From contig OZ271833.1 in NCBI GenBank assembly GCA_965601665.1, positions 5,092 to 69,091 on the forward strand: DNA of 64,000 nt, in the 5' to 3' direction. The notes beneath the pieces are model-generated. The model made no database searches. It saw nothing but the letters and a program-made list of their open reading frames with translations, and was not told the DNA's origin. This DNA comes from Gammaproteobacteria bacterium. Its GTDB lineage: Bacteria; Pseudomonadota; Gammaproteobacteria; Eutrophobiales; Eutrophobiaceae. Shown piece after piece: positions 9,982-18,366 of this stretch. The position numbers and the translations under genes were made by a program. Numbering within the stretch: the stretch's first letter is position 1; the number at the start of each line of letters is the position of its first letter.

Positions 9982-10146
9982 TCCATAAAACAAGCCACCG
10001 TCAGGTGGTTTTTTTTATGGATTAGTATTGGTGGGACGAGAACGAAGTTCGACAAATCGGCAGGACAGCCGATTTGGGCAGACGCAGTCTGCACGAAGTG
10101 CGAGCTACACGGATGTAGCGAGTCAATCCCTCCGGGCGCGCCAATC
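9937..10146 (+). repeat. 210-bp direct repeat copy 1 (tRNA 3' half from the anticodon loop, plus terminator and about 160 bp downstream; ends with a second 18-nt copy of the tRNA 3' end)
   Basis: identical to 11129..11338. Confidence 0.85.
9991..10016 (+). terminator. rho-independent terminator directly after the tRNA
   Basis: hairpin CCACC-GTCA-GGTGG followed by T8. Confidence 0.7.
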
Positions 10147-10191
10147 GATTAATCAATCGACACTGACCCTATTGATTATCACAGTAAATTC

Positions 10192-10875
10192 TTACGTAAA
10201 TCTATACCGAGAGATGAGACTAAGTAGTGCGGAGAAAAAAAATATTAAAGATGATGGCAAAGGAACGGGTGATACTTCTATACGCATTGCTAATTCAGTA
10301 GCTAGCCCAGAATTGATAGTCCATTCTTCGCCAACAAACCTTTGAGCTATATACTCATCACCACAAGTAGTACCACAGCTATAAGCTCTAAAGTCTTCTT
10401 GAGCAATACGCCAACTACTAAAACCATCGATGGTTTTATTTTCAGCGATGATCCAATATTTTTCGTTTTCATTTAGTAGTGTCGTGTTTGTCCAATGAAA
10501 TTCGTACAAGGGCCAAGGGAATATTTGTTCTATTGTTGTTGGAGAAGAAATTTCTAAAATCGAACCTGGACTATTGTTATTATCATTCCATATCGACAGC
10601 TCAATTTCACTTTCATTTAAAAAACTACTCTCTGTGAAAGGCGCAATGATCTTGTCTAAATAGCCAGAAGCGGTTGGTATAAATTGCATGCCTGCTTGAA
10701 ATGGAGATGCATTTTCGCGAAACCACTCTGTGCCAGGGCCTGCAACAGCAAAGCCTCCGCGTACAGGGTTCGGAATAGTTGTCATAGTATTATCAAACAC
10801 TACCAAAGCTGCATCTGCTTTGGACGAAAAAAGCAATAAGATTAAAAGAAACTTAAAGCTGTCTTTCGCTTTCAT
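10192..10875 (-). CDS. secreted protein with PEP-CTERM-like (VPLP-type) C-terminal sorting signal
   Basis: signal peptide; C-terminus PVPLPSSLIFFFSALLSLISRYRFT has a proline motif, a TM helix and a basic tail; AT-rich cassette between tRNA-half repeats. Confidence 0.5.
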   Translation of the reverse strand: MKAKDSFKFLLILLLFSSKADAALVVFDNTMTTIPNPVRGGFAVAGPGTEWFRENASPFQAGMQFIPTASGYLDKIIAPFTESSFLNESEIELSIWNDNNNSPGSILEISSPTTIEQIFPWPLYEFHWTNTTLLNENEKYWIIAENKTIDGFSSWRIAQEDFRAYSCGTTCGDEYIAQRFVGEEWTINSGLATELAMRIEVSPVPLPSSLIFFFSALLSLISRYRFT

Positions 10876-11128
10876 GACTTGAGCATTAATCTCATATAGA
10901 TATAAAAGATAAGCATAATCTAGCTGCGTGTCATAATTGTTACAAACTGAATTTTAATAACGCTAGAGTCGATGATTTCATGCTTATACTATTATCCGCT
11001 TCTGGCCGATTTTTGACAAAAACTATGCAGCTAGATTGTGACTTATTTAGGCTTACTGTAGCTTTTCTTATAATATTGCGAGCGTTGCAAGTAGTTGAAA
11101 GTAATAAGATTGACTAATATTAGTTCCC

Positions 11129-11338
11129 CTTCGAACCCGAGGGTTGGGGGTTCGAGTCCCTCCGGGCGCGCCATCCATAAAACAAGCCACCGTCAGGTGG
11201 TTTTTTTTATGGATTAGTATTGGTGGGACGAGAACGAAGTTCGACAAATCGGCAGGACAGCCGATTTGGGCAGACGCAGTCTGCACGAAGTGCGAGCTAC
11301 ACGGATGTAGCGAGTCAATCCCTCCGGGCGCGCCAATC
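11129..11338 (+). repeat. 210-bp direct repeat copy 2 (tRNA-Arg 3' half plus downstream block); att-like
   Basis: identical to 9937..10146; preceded by the conserved arm (about 11076..11128). Confidence 0.85.
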
Positions 11339-11512
11339 ATACCAAAAGTTTAATGTAGTCTTATCCACTTATCGTCAATGACATGGTGGTTTGGCTGAGT
11401 TTCGTCCCGTGTTACTAGCACGGGGCATCTTGGTGCTCTCAATCGCTCGTATCCTCGCTCTGAATCGCACTAGATGCATACGAGAAATAAACATAAAAAA
11501 CAGTATTATTGA

Positions 11513-12100
11513 TTAAGGCTTTACAATTAAATGACAAAATAATGAAACTCCATCATATATTCTTTCAACTACTATTTGTTTAGATAAGGCAGATTGATCT
11601 GGTATTAATGAATCTGGATCATAAATAAAGAAAATCAGATTTCTACATGTAGGGTTATGCCTATAAGTTTCAATATCATCATGAAGTTCTTTTGTTATAT
11701 TTTTTCCATGGGAAGCATCTCTTATATATTTTACTTCAATAATAGTTTTTGCAGATGGGCTAATGAAATCTTTTATGGTGAATCTATTTGCAACTTTATC
11801 GGTAGGATTTTCTGGTGTTAGATCAAGTACCCAAGGCCTGAGCATTATATACAAAGCGTCTTGCACTGCTGCTTCAGAATCAAGTGTAAGTACTGTTTTT
11901 GTACTCCTGCGAGTATTCAAATACCGTACAACTTCTTGAAATTGTTCAAGCGCTGCAATAATTTGTGAAGTCTTTACAGTTCCAGCTTCTTCAGCATTGG
12001 GTTCAGATGAATGCTTTTTTGACAGTGTTGAAACAGCATTAGCTAATGCTGGTAAAGTTGATATATCAATCATCATTATTGCCTGAAACATCTCTGCCAA
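11513..12100 (-). CDS. hypothetical protein with a candidate PD-(D/E)xK nuclease motif
   Basis: 195 aa; D(FISPSAKTII)EVK fits D-x10-E-x-K; overlaps the upstream gene by 35 nt (operon); AT-rich cassette. Confidence 0.4.
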   Translation of the reverse strand: MAEMFQAIMMIDISTLPALANAVSTLSKKHSSEPNAEEAGTVKTSQIIAALEQFQEVVRYLNTRRSTKTVLTLDSEAAVQDALYIMLRPWVLDLTPENPTDKVANRFTIKDFISPSAKTIIEVKYIRDASHGKNITKELHDDIETYRHNPTCRNLIFFIYDPDSLIPDQSALSKQIVVERIYDGVSLFCHLIVKP

Positions 12101-12752
12101 AAATATAGCGAGCTATATCTTCAAAAATATATTCATAATCTCTTCTGCTTTTGTTTTCAGGTAAATGAATATGTAAATCAATATGAAACTGCGGACTATT
12201 GTCTTGACCAGGTGGATTATTTAAACCTGTTGCTCCAGAGTTTTGAGTACTAGAGGAGTTTACAGGTGCTATGCTTGCTCCAAAATCAGCATAATCACAT
12301 ATAGCTTTGAAAGTAGATATTTGATATTGAATAGCTCTGTCGCTACCACCTGAATGAACATTAAAATAATTTTTTAACGTATCATCAGACTCTCTATGAG
12401 GTTCATGTGAATTCTCAAAAATCGGTGCCCAGCAATTTTTTATTCCTTGAGCTAATATGCCTGGCCCAGATTCTGGCATCATAAACTGCTTATATTGATC
12501 TGTAGGTTCACCAGTTGAAGTTAATAAACCAACATTTTTGATAACTCGAAGTATTGTTGCATCGTTTGAATTTCTTAAACCCCATGACTTCAATGTCTCT
12601 CCTGTGATTTTGGTGGGTTTAGGTTTGGTTGGTACTAACTCTAAAAACCTTCTCAATGAGTTTGGGACGGTTGTATATGGAAATTTCGGGGTTGATATGC
12701 TTTCAGAACTTTTACTCCTTGTTTTCTTTTTAGCTACTTTTTTCTTTGCCAT
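12066..12752 (-). CDS. hypothetical protein with Lys-rich N-terminus (MAKKKVAKKKTRSK), partner of the nuclease-like gene
   Basis: 228-aa ORF, no recognisable domain; co-oriented and overlapping with 11513..12100. Confidence 0.4.
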   Translation of the reverse strand: MAKKKVAKKKTRSKSSESISTPKFPYTTVPNSLRRFLELVPTKPKPTKITGETLKSWGLRNSNDATILRVIKNVGLLTSTGEPTDQYKQFMMPESGPGILAQGIKNCWAPIFENSHEPHRESDDTLKNYFNVHSGGSDRAIQYQISTFKAICDYADFGASIAPVNSSSTQNSGATGLNNPPGQDNSPQFHIDLHIHLPENKSRRDYEYIFEDIARYIFGRDVSGNNDD

Positions 12753-12972
12753 ATCAATTCTCCATATCCATATTTATTTATGTTTCAAACGTATAGTGAA
12801 AGTATAACTAATAATAATTGTATGTCTTTAACAGATTTAATTTAACAAATTTGAGCGCTGCAATATGTTTTTAGAAAATGATTGTGAAAATTTCCTACAA
12901 AATTTTAACCAAAAGACGATGATTTGTATTTGTTACAAATAAGTTACATTAATATATGACCTAATCTGATCG

Positions 12973-13272
12973 TTATAACACCTTTTCAAATACCATTGTG
13001 GCTTGGATTTTATCTCCACCCAAAAATCCCTTTGAACCTGATGAAGTAGTCGAAATAGTATGTAATCTATATCCTTGAGCTACCTGCTTATTTATCGTCG
13101 ATTGTAAATTAGTGAGGCTGGTGCCTCCGGAGCCTGTTCCGACTAATTTTTCTGTCAAAACAACTTGTATGACTATATACATATCTCCTTTTTTTCCCTG
13201 TGCGGCAATCGCGTCTGCATCAAATCCAAATCCTGCCATTGTTATCTCCTGATTAATAATAAAATCTGCCAA
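12973..13272 (-). CDS. small hypothetical protein (99 aa)
   Basis: ORF in AT-rich cassette 2; no recognisable domain. Confidence 0.35.
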   Translation of the reverse strand: MADFIINQEITMAGFGFDADAIAAQGKKGDMYIVIQVVLTEKLVGTGSGGTSLTNLQSTINKQVAQGYRLHTISTTSSGSKGFLGGDKIQATMVFEKVL

Positions 13273-13395
13273 CGATAGTATTGTAGCTATTGTGCGTTTT
13301 AATAATACTTATTGTGACTTATTGTAGCTACAGTTGTACGAGTGCGAGCGTTGCAAGTCATTGAAATGTAATTAGATTGGATTTGCCGGGTTCCT

Positions 13396-13440
13396 CTTCG
13401 AACCCGAGGGTTGGGGGTTCGAGTCCCTCCGGGCGCGCCA
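13396..13440 (+). repeat. 45-nt direct repeat copy 3 of the tRNA-Arg 3' half (anticodon loop to CCA)
   Basis: cttcgaacccgagggttgggggttcgagtccctccgggcgcgcca identical to 9937..9981; preceded by the conserved arm (about 13343..13395); followed by its own hairpin aagccacc-ttgc-ggtggctt. Confidence 0.85.
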
Positions 13441-13492
13441 TAATTAACAAAGCCACCTTGCGGTGGCTTCGTTGTTTTACAAATTTAGTTCT

Positions 13493-14176
13493 CTAGAACC
13501 GATAACCAATTATTCCCATGGCTCTGAAAGTTTCAAATTCAGCTTCAGTGCCGGAAAAGTTAGCATCATACCTAAGGTAGGATGCATTAACTCCTATATA
13601 AGCATTCGCAGTAATGTCATAATCAAAGCCACCCATAAACTGGAATGCGAAATCTGAATCATCATCACTACCGCTTACACTAATGCCTGCAATATTTGCA
13701 CTAAGATCAACATCAGTAAATGCATAGCCAACACCGGCACCAATATAAGGATGAAAGCTGCTGTTGTTAAATGACGAGCCATCATTATCACGCCATAAAA
13801 AATTAACAGTGAACAAATCTGTTTCATACTCAATTTCAAGAGGAACCAATAAAACTAAATTAGCAAAAGTGTCACCAGGTGACCCTGAATAGTCAGCGTC
13901 AGTAATCCGATTATATTGGATGCCGAATGTAAATTCCGGATAAAGTGACCAGGCTTTATCGACATATAACCCGACGCCATATGAAAGTCCTTCATCTGTG
14001 TCAAGATCATCCGAAATACCAGCTTCGGAAAGCTCTGGGTCACCGGTAGCAATACCAAATTGACCCTCAAGTCTTGTCTCATATGCTGCAGTATTAAATG
14101 CAACAAGCGTTAGTATCGAACTTAACAACAAATATTTTTTTAATTTCACAACCCATCCCCTTTGAAAAAAAAACAA
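13493..14176 (-). CDS. OmpW-like 8-strand outer-membrane beta-barrel protein
   Basis: signal peptide (KLKKYLLLSSILTLVAFNTAA), alternating amphipathic strands, PYIGAGVGY and C-terminal GYRF as in OmpW. Confidence 0.55.
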   Translation of the reverse strand: MFFFQRGWVVKLKKYLLLSSILTLVAFNTAAYETRLEGQFGIATGDPELSEAGISDDLDTDEGLSYGVGLYVDKAWSLYPEFTFGIQYNRITDADYSGSPGDTFANLVLLVPLEIEYETDLFTVNFLWRDNDGSSFNNSSFHPYIGAGVGYAFTDVDLSANIAGISVSGSDDDSDFAFQFMGGFDYDITANAYIGVNASYLRYDANFSGTEAEFETFRAMGIIGYRF

Positions 14177-14329
14177 TACGGTAACACTCAGTGAAGGTAG
14201 CGTTGAATAGTAAGTAAGTACTATAAGAATATATTCAGGATATTTTCCTGTAGGACATGCTTACGAATTTGTTGCTGAGCGCGCCTTACAAATCATTGAA
14301 ATATAATAAGATTGAATTATCAGCCTTCT

Positions 14330-14448
14330 CTTCGAAACCGAGGGTTGGGGGTTCGACAACTTTGCAGGAGCAAAAGTTGAACCGCAGAAGGCGGGCCCCG
14401 TAGGGGTGGGGCACAAGGATGTGCCGAATAATACCTCCGGACGCGCCA
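14330..14448 (+). repeat. degenerate copy 4 of the tRNA-Arg 3' half, carrying a 76-nt structured insertion in the T-loop region
   Basis: cttcgaaAccgagggttgggggttcga + insertion (14358..14433) + cctccggAcgcgcca; preceded by the conserved arm (about 14276..14329). Confidence 0.75.
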
Positions 14449-14547
14449 TCTAGTTTTCTGGATATATAATTCCGTCAACTCATGTTTTTACATGGAACAG
14501 GAACCAACTGGCTTGATCTGGTTATATCCGGATTTGGAGAGGCGAAT

Positions 14548-14919
14548 ATGCGGTATTTATTGCTCATAATAGTTTTAACCCTTTCTTCTAATTTGAAGGC
14601 AGACTGGGTCGAGTATTCCACCAGGGTAAATGGTGATGTCTATTACTTTGATGATGCACGTGTACAAAAGAACGGTAGTCGGGTCACCGTTTGGAATAGG
14701 GCCCGGTACAAGACTTCGGTAATGGCCGCGTTCAGTTATCAAAGCCAGATTGTTATCGATTGTGCTACCTATTCAGTGGCAACAACAGAAAGTACCTTTT
14801 ACCTGGATAAGGATTGGCTCAAGCCTGCCATGGCGACTGACAGTACCGAGAAGCCCTGGGTAAGTATAGATGCTGAATCAGCAATCGGAGAACTGGCCAA
14901 CAAACTCTGCAAGGAATAG
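14548..14919 (+). CDS. small secreted protein of unknown function
   Basis: signal peptide MRYLLLIIVLTLSSNLKA; ORF track start 14482 probably too early. Confidence 0.4.
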   Translation: MRYLLLIIVLTLSSNLKADWVEYSTRVNGDVYYFDDARVQKNGSRVTVWNRARYKTSVMAAFSYQSQIVIDCATYSVATTESTFYLDKDWLKPAMATDSTEKPWVSIDAESAIGELANKLCKE

Positions 14920-15058
14920 GACTCCATACGGAGAGTTATGTCATAAAGGAAGGCTGAGTCTATTGATATAAACAAAATAAGTCTGTACTACAGCTTGCAA
15001 AAAAAATGCCCGCGCTATTTGCATAGCGCGAGCATCTTCTTTAGTAGGTTAGTTATAA

Positions 15059-16381
15059 TTACTTGGCTGTAATCTTATAAATTTCACCTTCATCGGTGGA
15101 CGCATACAGCGCATTATCCGGACCCATTACAAGCCCACGAAACCGCTTGGAAAAGCCGAGTGGCATGCGGACAACACTTTTGATCGATAAACCATCAGCT
15201 GCGATGTCATACATATCAATACGCGAGCCGGCTGGCGTGTCGCCAAAAGCGATGCCCATGATGCCCGCAGTTAAACGACCTTCATAGATACCCCAGTTAC
15301 TGCCTGTCAGGAACGCGGCAGATCCCGTGCCTTGAGAAAAACCGTTGTTATTCCATGCAGGCGGCATTAAATCCTTGAAGCGTGTATCACTCATGGGGGT
15401 GTACGCGGCACGTACGGCGGGATCCATCGCATCCATCTGATTAGGCTCGTAGCCACAGTACTGGTCCGGGCATTCACCTCTACCGCCTCTCTTTTCTGCA
15501 GGATCCCAGCCTGCGTTACCACCATTTACCAGGGCGGTAATCTCGTCGTTATGCCAGGGCCCATGCTCGGAAGTAAACGCTCTGCCGTCGCCAGGACGGA
15601 AATCGATACCTTGTACGTTTCTATGACCATAAGTATAGATACGCTTATCAAAACCAGCAGGTGGCTTGTTGCCTGAATGTGCTTTGCCATTACCATCGAT
15701 TCTGAGTACCTTGCCACATAGTAAGGTACCGTCCTGCGGACATACTCCTCTATGGCGATCACCGCCGGTTACCCACAGGTATCCTTCAGGACCAAAACGT
15801 AACCTGCCGCCATTATGCGCACCGGGGCCACCAAAGGGCTGGTTCGATTCGAACGGCTTATACTGGATGTCTGTGACGATATCTGTGCGGTTAGATACTT
15901 TCTTAAGATCCTTACTAACCTTGAATCTCATAACAATGTTGCCGTTGCATTTTTCAAAATTCGTCTTGCATCCATCGCCATGATATTTGTTAGAGGTGGA
16001 GTAAACATAGAGTGTGCGGTTCTTGGCAAACCCAGGATCGGCTACCACGCCCAACATGCCGGCCTGGCCATCACAAAAAAGATCATTGCCTGAAGCTTTG
16101 TAACCTTTAGAACCTTTCATTCCGTAAAGTGCATTCACATCACCGGATGCAGTTCTTACTGAAAGACCCTTACATTTTTCAGTGTAAAACATGGTACCGT
16201 CGGGCAAGAAGGCCATATCCCATGGGTTATCAAGTCCTTCCATTACCGCCGTTGATTCAATGGTTGGTACATTCATACCTTTATTTGCGTGTTCCTCTGC
16301 ATTGGCATTGGATGCCAATCCGACCAACATCACAGCAGACGCCGTGACTGTCGACAAAACCTTAGTAAATGATGGATTCAT
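15059..16381 (-). CDS. soluble PQQ-dependent sugar (aldose/sorbosone) dehydrogenase, beta-propeller
   Basis: signal peptide; GLDNPWDMAFLPDGTMFYTEK and repeated propeller blades typical of the sGDH/YliI family. Confidence 0.7.
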   Translation of the reverse strand: MNPSFTKVLSTVTASAVMLVGLASNANAEEHANKGMNVPTIESTAVMEGLDNPWDMAFLPDGTMFYTEKCKGLSVRTASGDVNALYGMKGSKGYKASGNDLFCDGQAGMLGVVADPGFAKNRTLYVYSTSNKYHGDGCKTNFEKCNGNIVMRFKVSKDLKKVSNRTDIVTDIQYKPFESNQPFGGPGAHNGGRLRFGPEGYLWVTGGDRHRGVCPQDGTLLCGKVLRIDGNGKAHSGNKPPAGFDKRIYTYGHRNVQGIDFRPGDGRAFTSEHGPWHNDEITALVNGGNAGWDPAEKRGGRGECPDQYCGYEPNQMDAMDPAVRAAYTPMSDTRFKDLMPPAWNNNGFSQGTGSAAFLTGSNWGIYEGRLTAGIMGIAFGDTPAGSRIDMYDIAADGLSIKSVVRMPLGFSKRFRGLVMGPDNALYASTDEGEIYKITAK

Positions 16382-16396
16382 CAGTTGTCTCCTTAA

Positions 16397-16720
16397 CTAA
16401 TTGTTATATTTCGCATCTTTTAAATACGCAGCCAGGTTTGCAATTTCTTCATCCGTCAGTGACTTGGCCATCATGATCATCAAGGCTGAATTAGGCCCAA
16501 TCTTTATCCCGTCTCTGTAAGTCTCTAGTTTTGATTTCACATAGGAAATCTCATTACCGGAAATTTTCGGGTAACTGGCCGCACCCTTGCCAGCAGGTCC
16601 GTGACAGTTGATGCAGGATTTTTTGTATCTTGCTTCGCCTGCCGCTTTATCACCAGCGACTGCAAACCCGGAAAAATTAAGAAAGAAAAAGATAAGAAAA
16701 AATTTAGCTAAGTTAACCAA
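16397..16720 (-). CDS. class I monoheme cytochrome c (likely electron acceptor of the dehydrogenase)
   Basis: signal peptide, single CINCH motif, Met ligand region; 16 nt downstream of the dehydrogenase gene. Confidence 0.7.
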   Translation of the reverse strand: MVNLAKFFLIFFFLNFSGFAVAGDKAAGEARYKKSCINCHGPAGKGAASYPKISGNEISYVKSKLETYRDGIKIGPNSALMIMMAKSLTDEEIANLAAYLKDAKYNN

Positions 16721-16913
16721 TGTCGGCCTTCCCTGATAAATAGAATTATTTACAAGTGTAGCTGGGACGTAATCTACAATAATGAGTAAGGTATTGAGTT
16801 AGGATTTATTCCTGAAATTGAGCCAATATGTGAACAGAATGTGAAAAGGAGAACTATTACCGTAACATAAAATTAGACTAACTTATTCGCGTCACAGCGG
16901 ACATGCCATCCAA

Positions 16914-17156
16914 TTGATGATCTGGACAAAGCTGGTCTCCTCCCCGTTATCTGAGGTCAAGAATAATAACGTTTACGTACGTGAATCGGCTAATATCAAC
17001 CTTGATAACGCCGTGCAGACCGATGAATCCGGTAGACGCCTGTTAGTCACTATTATTGAACCTGGCGACAACATTTATGGCTTCACAATTGATAAGTTTG
17101 AAGAATATTCTCGACAGTACATAATGAACAAGGCCGGCATATGCCGGCCTTGTTAA
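16914..17156 (+). CDS. hypothetical small protein
   Basis: 80-aa ORF followed by a palindromic hairpin (17128..17154); no domain recognised. Confidence 0.25.
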   Translation: MMIWTKLVSSPLSEVKNNNVYVRESANINLDNAVQTDESGRRLLVTIIEPGDNIYGFTIDKFEEYSRQYIMNKAGICRPC

Positions 17157-17188
17157 CTAAATTTAACTCTTTCAAGCTAATATTCAGT

Positions 17189-17722
17189 TTATGAAGCAGG
17201 TGGCAGAATTACGGTGTCAATCACGTGAATAACGCCGTTGGTTGCCATTACATCCGTCGCTACGACTGTTGCAGTATTGACCTTGACTGATTCCTGCTCT
17301 ACTGAAATAGATACATCTGCACCATTAACGGTTGTTGCACTATCCAGTTTGACCACGTCAGCTGCCATTACCTTACCTGAGACGACATGATAGGTCAGTA
17401 CAGCTTTCAGCTGCTCGATGTTTTCAGGCTTCAACAGGTTTTCAACGGTACCTGCTGGAAGTTTTGCAAATGCTTCGTCGGTCGGAGCAAATACGGTAAA
17501 AGGGCCATCCCCCTTTAAAACGTCGATTAAACCGCCAGCCTTCAGCGCGGCTGCCAGGGTATTAAAACTGCCATTTGCGACAGCAACATCAACGATGTCC
17601 TGGCTTTCTGCTTTTTTCTCAGCAGCACCTGCAACCATACTAATGGCAAGCAGGGAAGCCGCTATAGCACCTGACAGGACTCTCATCACGTTTGAACTGG
17701 TAATAGTAATTGAATTAGACAT
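17189..17722 (-). CDS. fasciclin (FAS1) domain secreted protein
   Basis: signal peptide; [11 protein letters not shown]...LTYHVV...[11 protein letters not shown]1 motifs. Confidence 0.8.
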   Translation of the reverse strand: MSNSITITSSNVMRVLSGAIAASLLAISMVAGAAEKKAESQDIVDVAVANGSFNTLAAALKAGGLIDVLKGDGPFTVFAPTDEAFAKLPAGTVENLLKPENIEQLKAVLTYHVVSGKVMAADVVKLDSATTVNGADVSISVEQESVKVNTATVVATDVMATNGVIHVIDTVILPPAS

Positions 17723-18008
17723 ACAACACTCCGTTAATAAATAAACAAAAAGGAGCGGCGAAATTAAGAGTATTTATGTCAAAAAGATGTGTAAGAAATG
17801 GCTAAATTAAATCAAATTATTGATACCTGGATTGTAGTCTTTGTGTCACATTTCCTGTTAATGTTAACTTATTGATAATTATGAAGAATAATAATCTTTG
17901 AGCGTAATATATCAGCGCTTTATTTAGCGCCCTTTTTTACAATGATCTGAACAACGGAACCAACCATTTTAAAGTGACACCCAGTAGCTGCTTTATTACA
18001 CTTACATT

Positions 18009-18365
18009 ATGGATACAGAGGGCTTGAGTGAGCATATCTGTGCTCAGCTACAAATACTGGCACCGCAGATTAATGATGCCAGCTTGCTTGTTGAAGAGTG
18101 TCTTGCCAATGCAAGAAAATATTTAACGGACGATTTCATTGTAATGCTCAGTCCTCTTGCATGGGCAAAAATTACACTTACCTACCATAAACACTTTCTT
18201 GATAGTGGTGTTGACATCAGTATTGCAGAAATTATCACCGCTGTACTTCGCGATTCAATAACTACTAATAGAATGGATATGGTGACTTTATCTTTGGCAC
18301 AGCAGGCGCAGGAGATGAACAGGTCTGATGCTTCTACGCCCTCGCTTAAAGTCGTCAAAGAATAG
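18009..18365 (+). CDS. hypothetical protein
   Basis: 118-aa ORF, no recognisable domain. Confidence 0.35.
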   Translation: MDTEGLSEHICAQLQILAPQINDASLLVEECLANARKYLTDDFIVMLSPLAWAKITLTYHKHFLDSGVDISIAEIITAVLRDSITTNRMDMVTLSLAQQAQEMNRSDASTPSLKVVKE

Positions 18366-18366
18366 T

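Noticed and set aside
9952-10152. ORF-track entries 9952..10152(+), 11144..11353(+), 9762..10094(-), 9782..9982(-), 11068..11340(-), 14261..14449(-)
   Set aside because: They lie entirely within the tRNA gene or its repeated 3' half and downstream block. The plus-strand pair are identical translations of the repeat. They are artefacts of repeat sequence, not genes.
9937-14448. Regularly recurring 45-nt repeats: considered a CRISPR array
   Set aside because: Repeat spacing is 1.2-2.3 kb and the intervening segments contain genes. The repeat is the 3' half of a tRNA. This pattern fits att-site duplications, not CRISPR.
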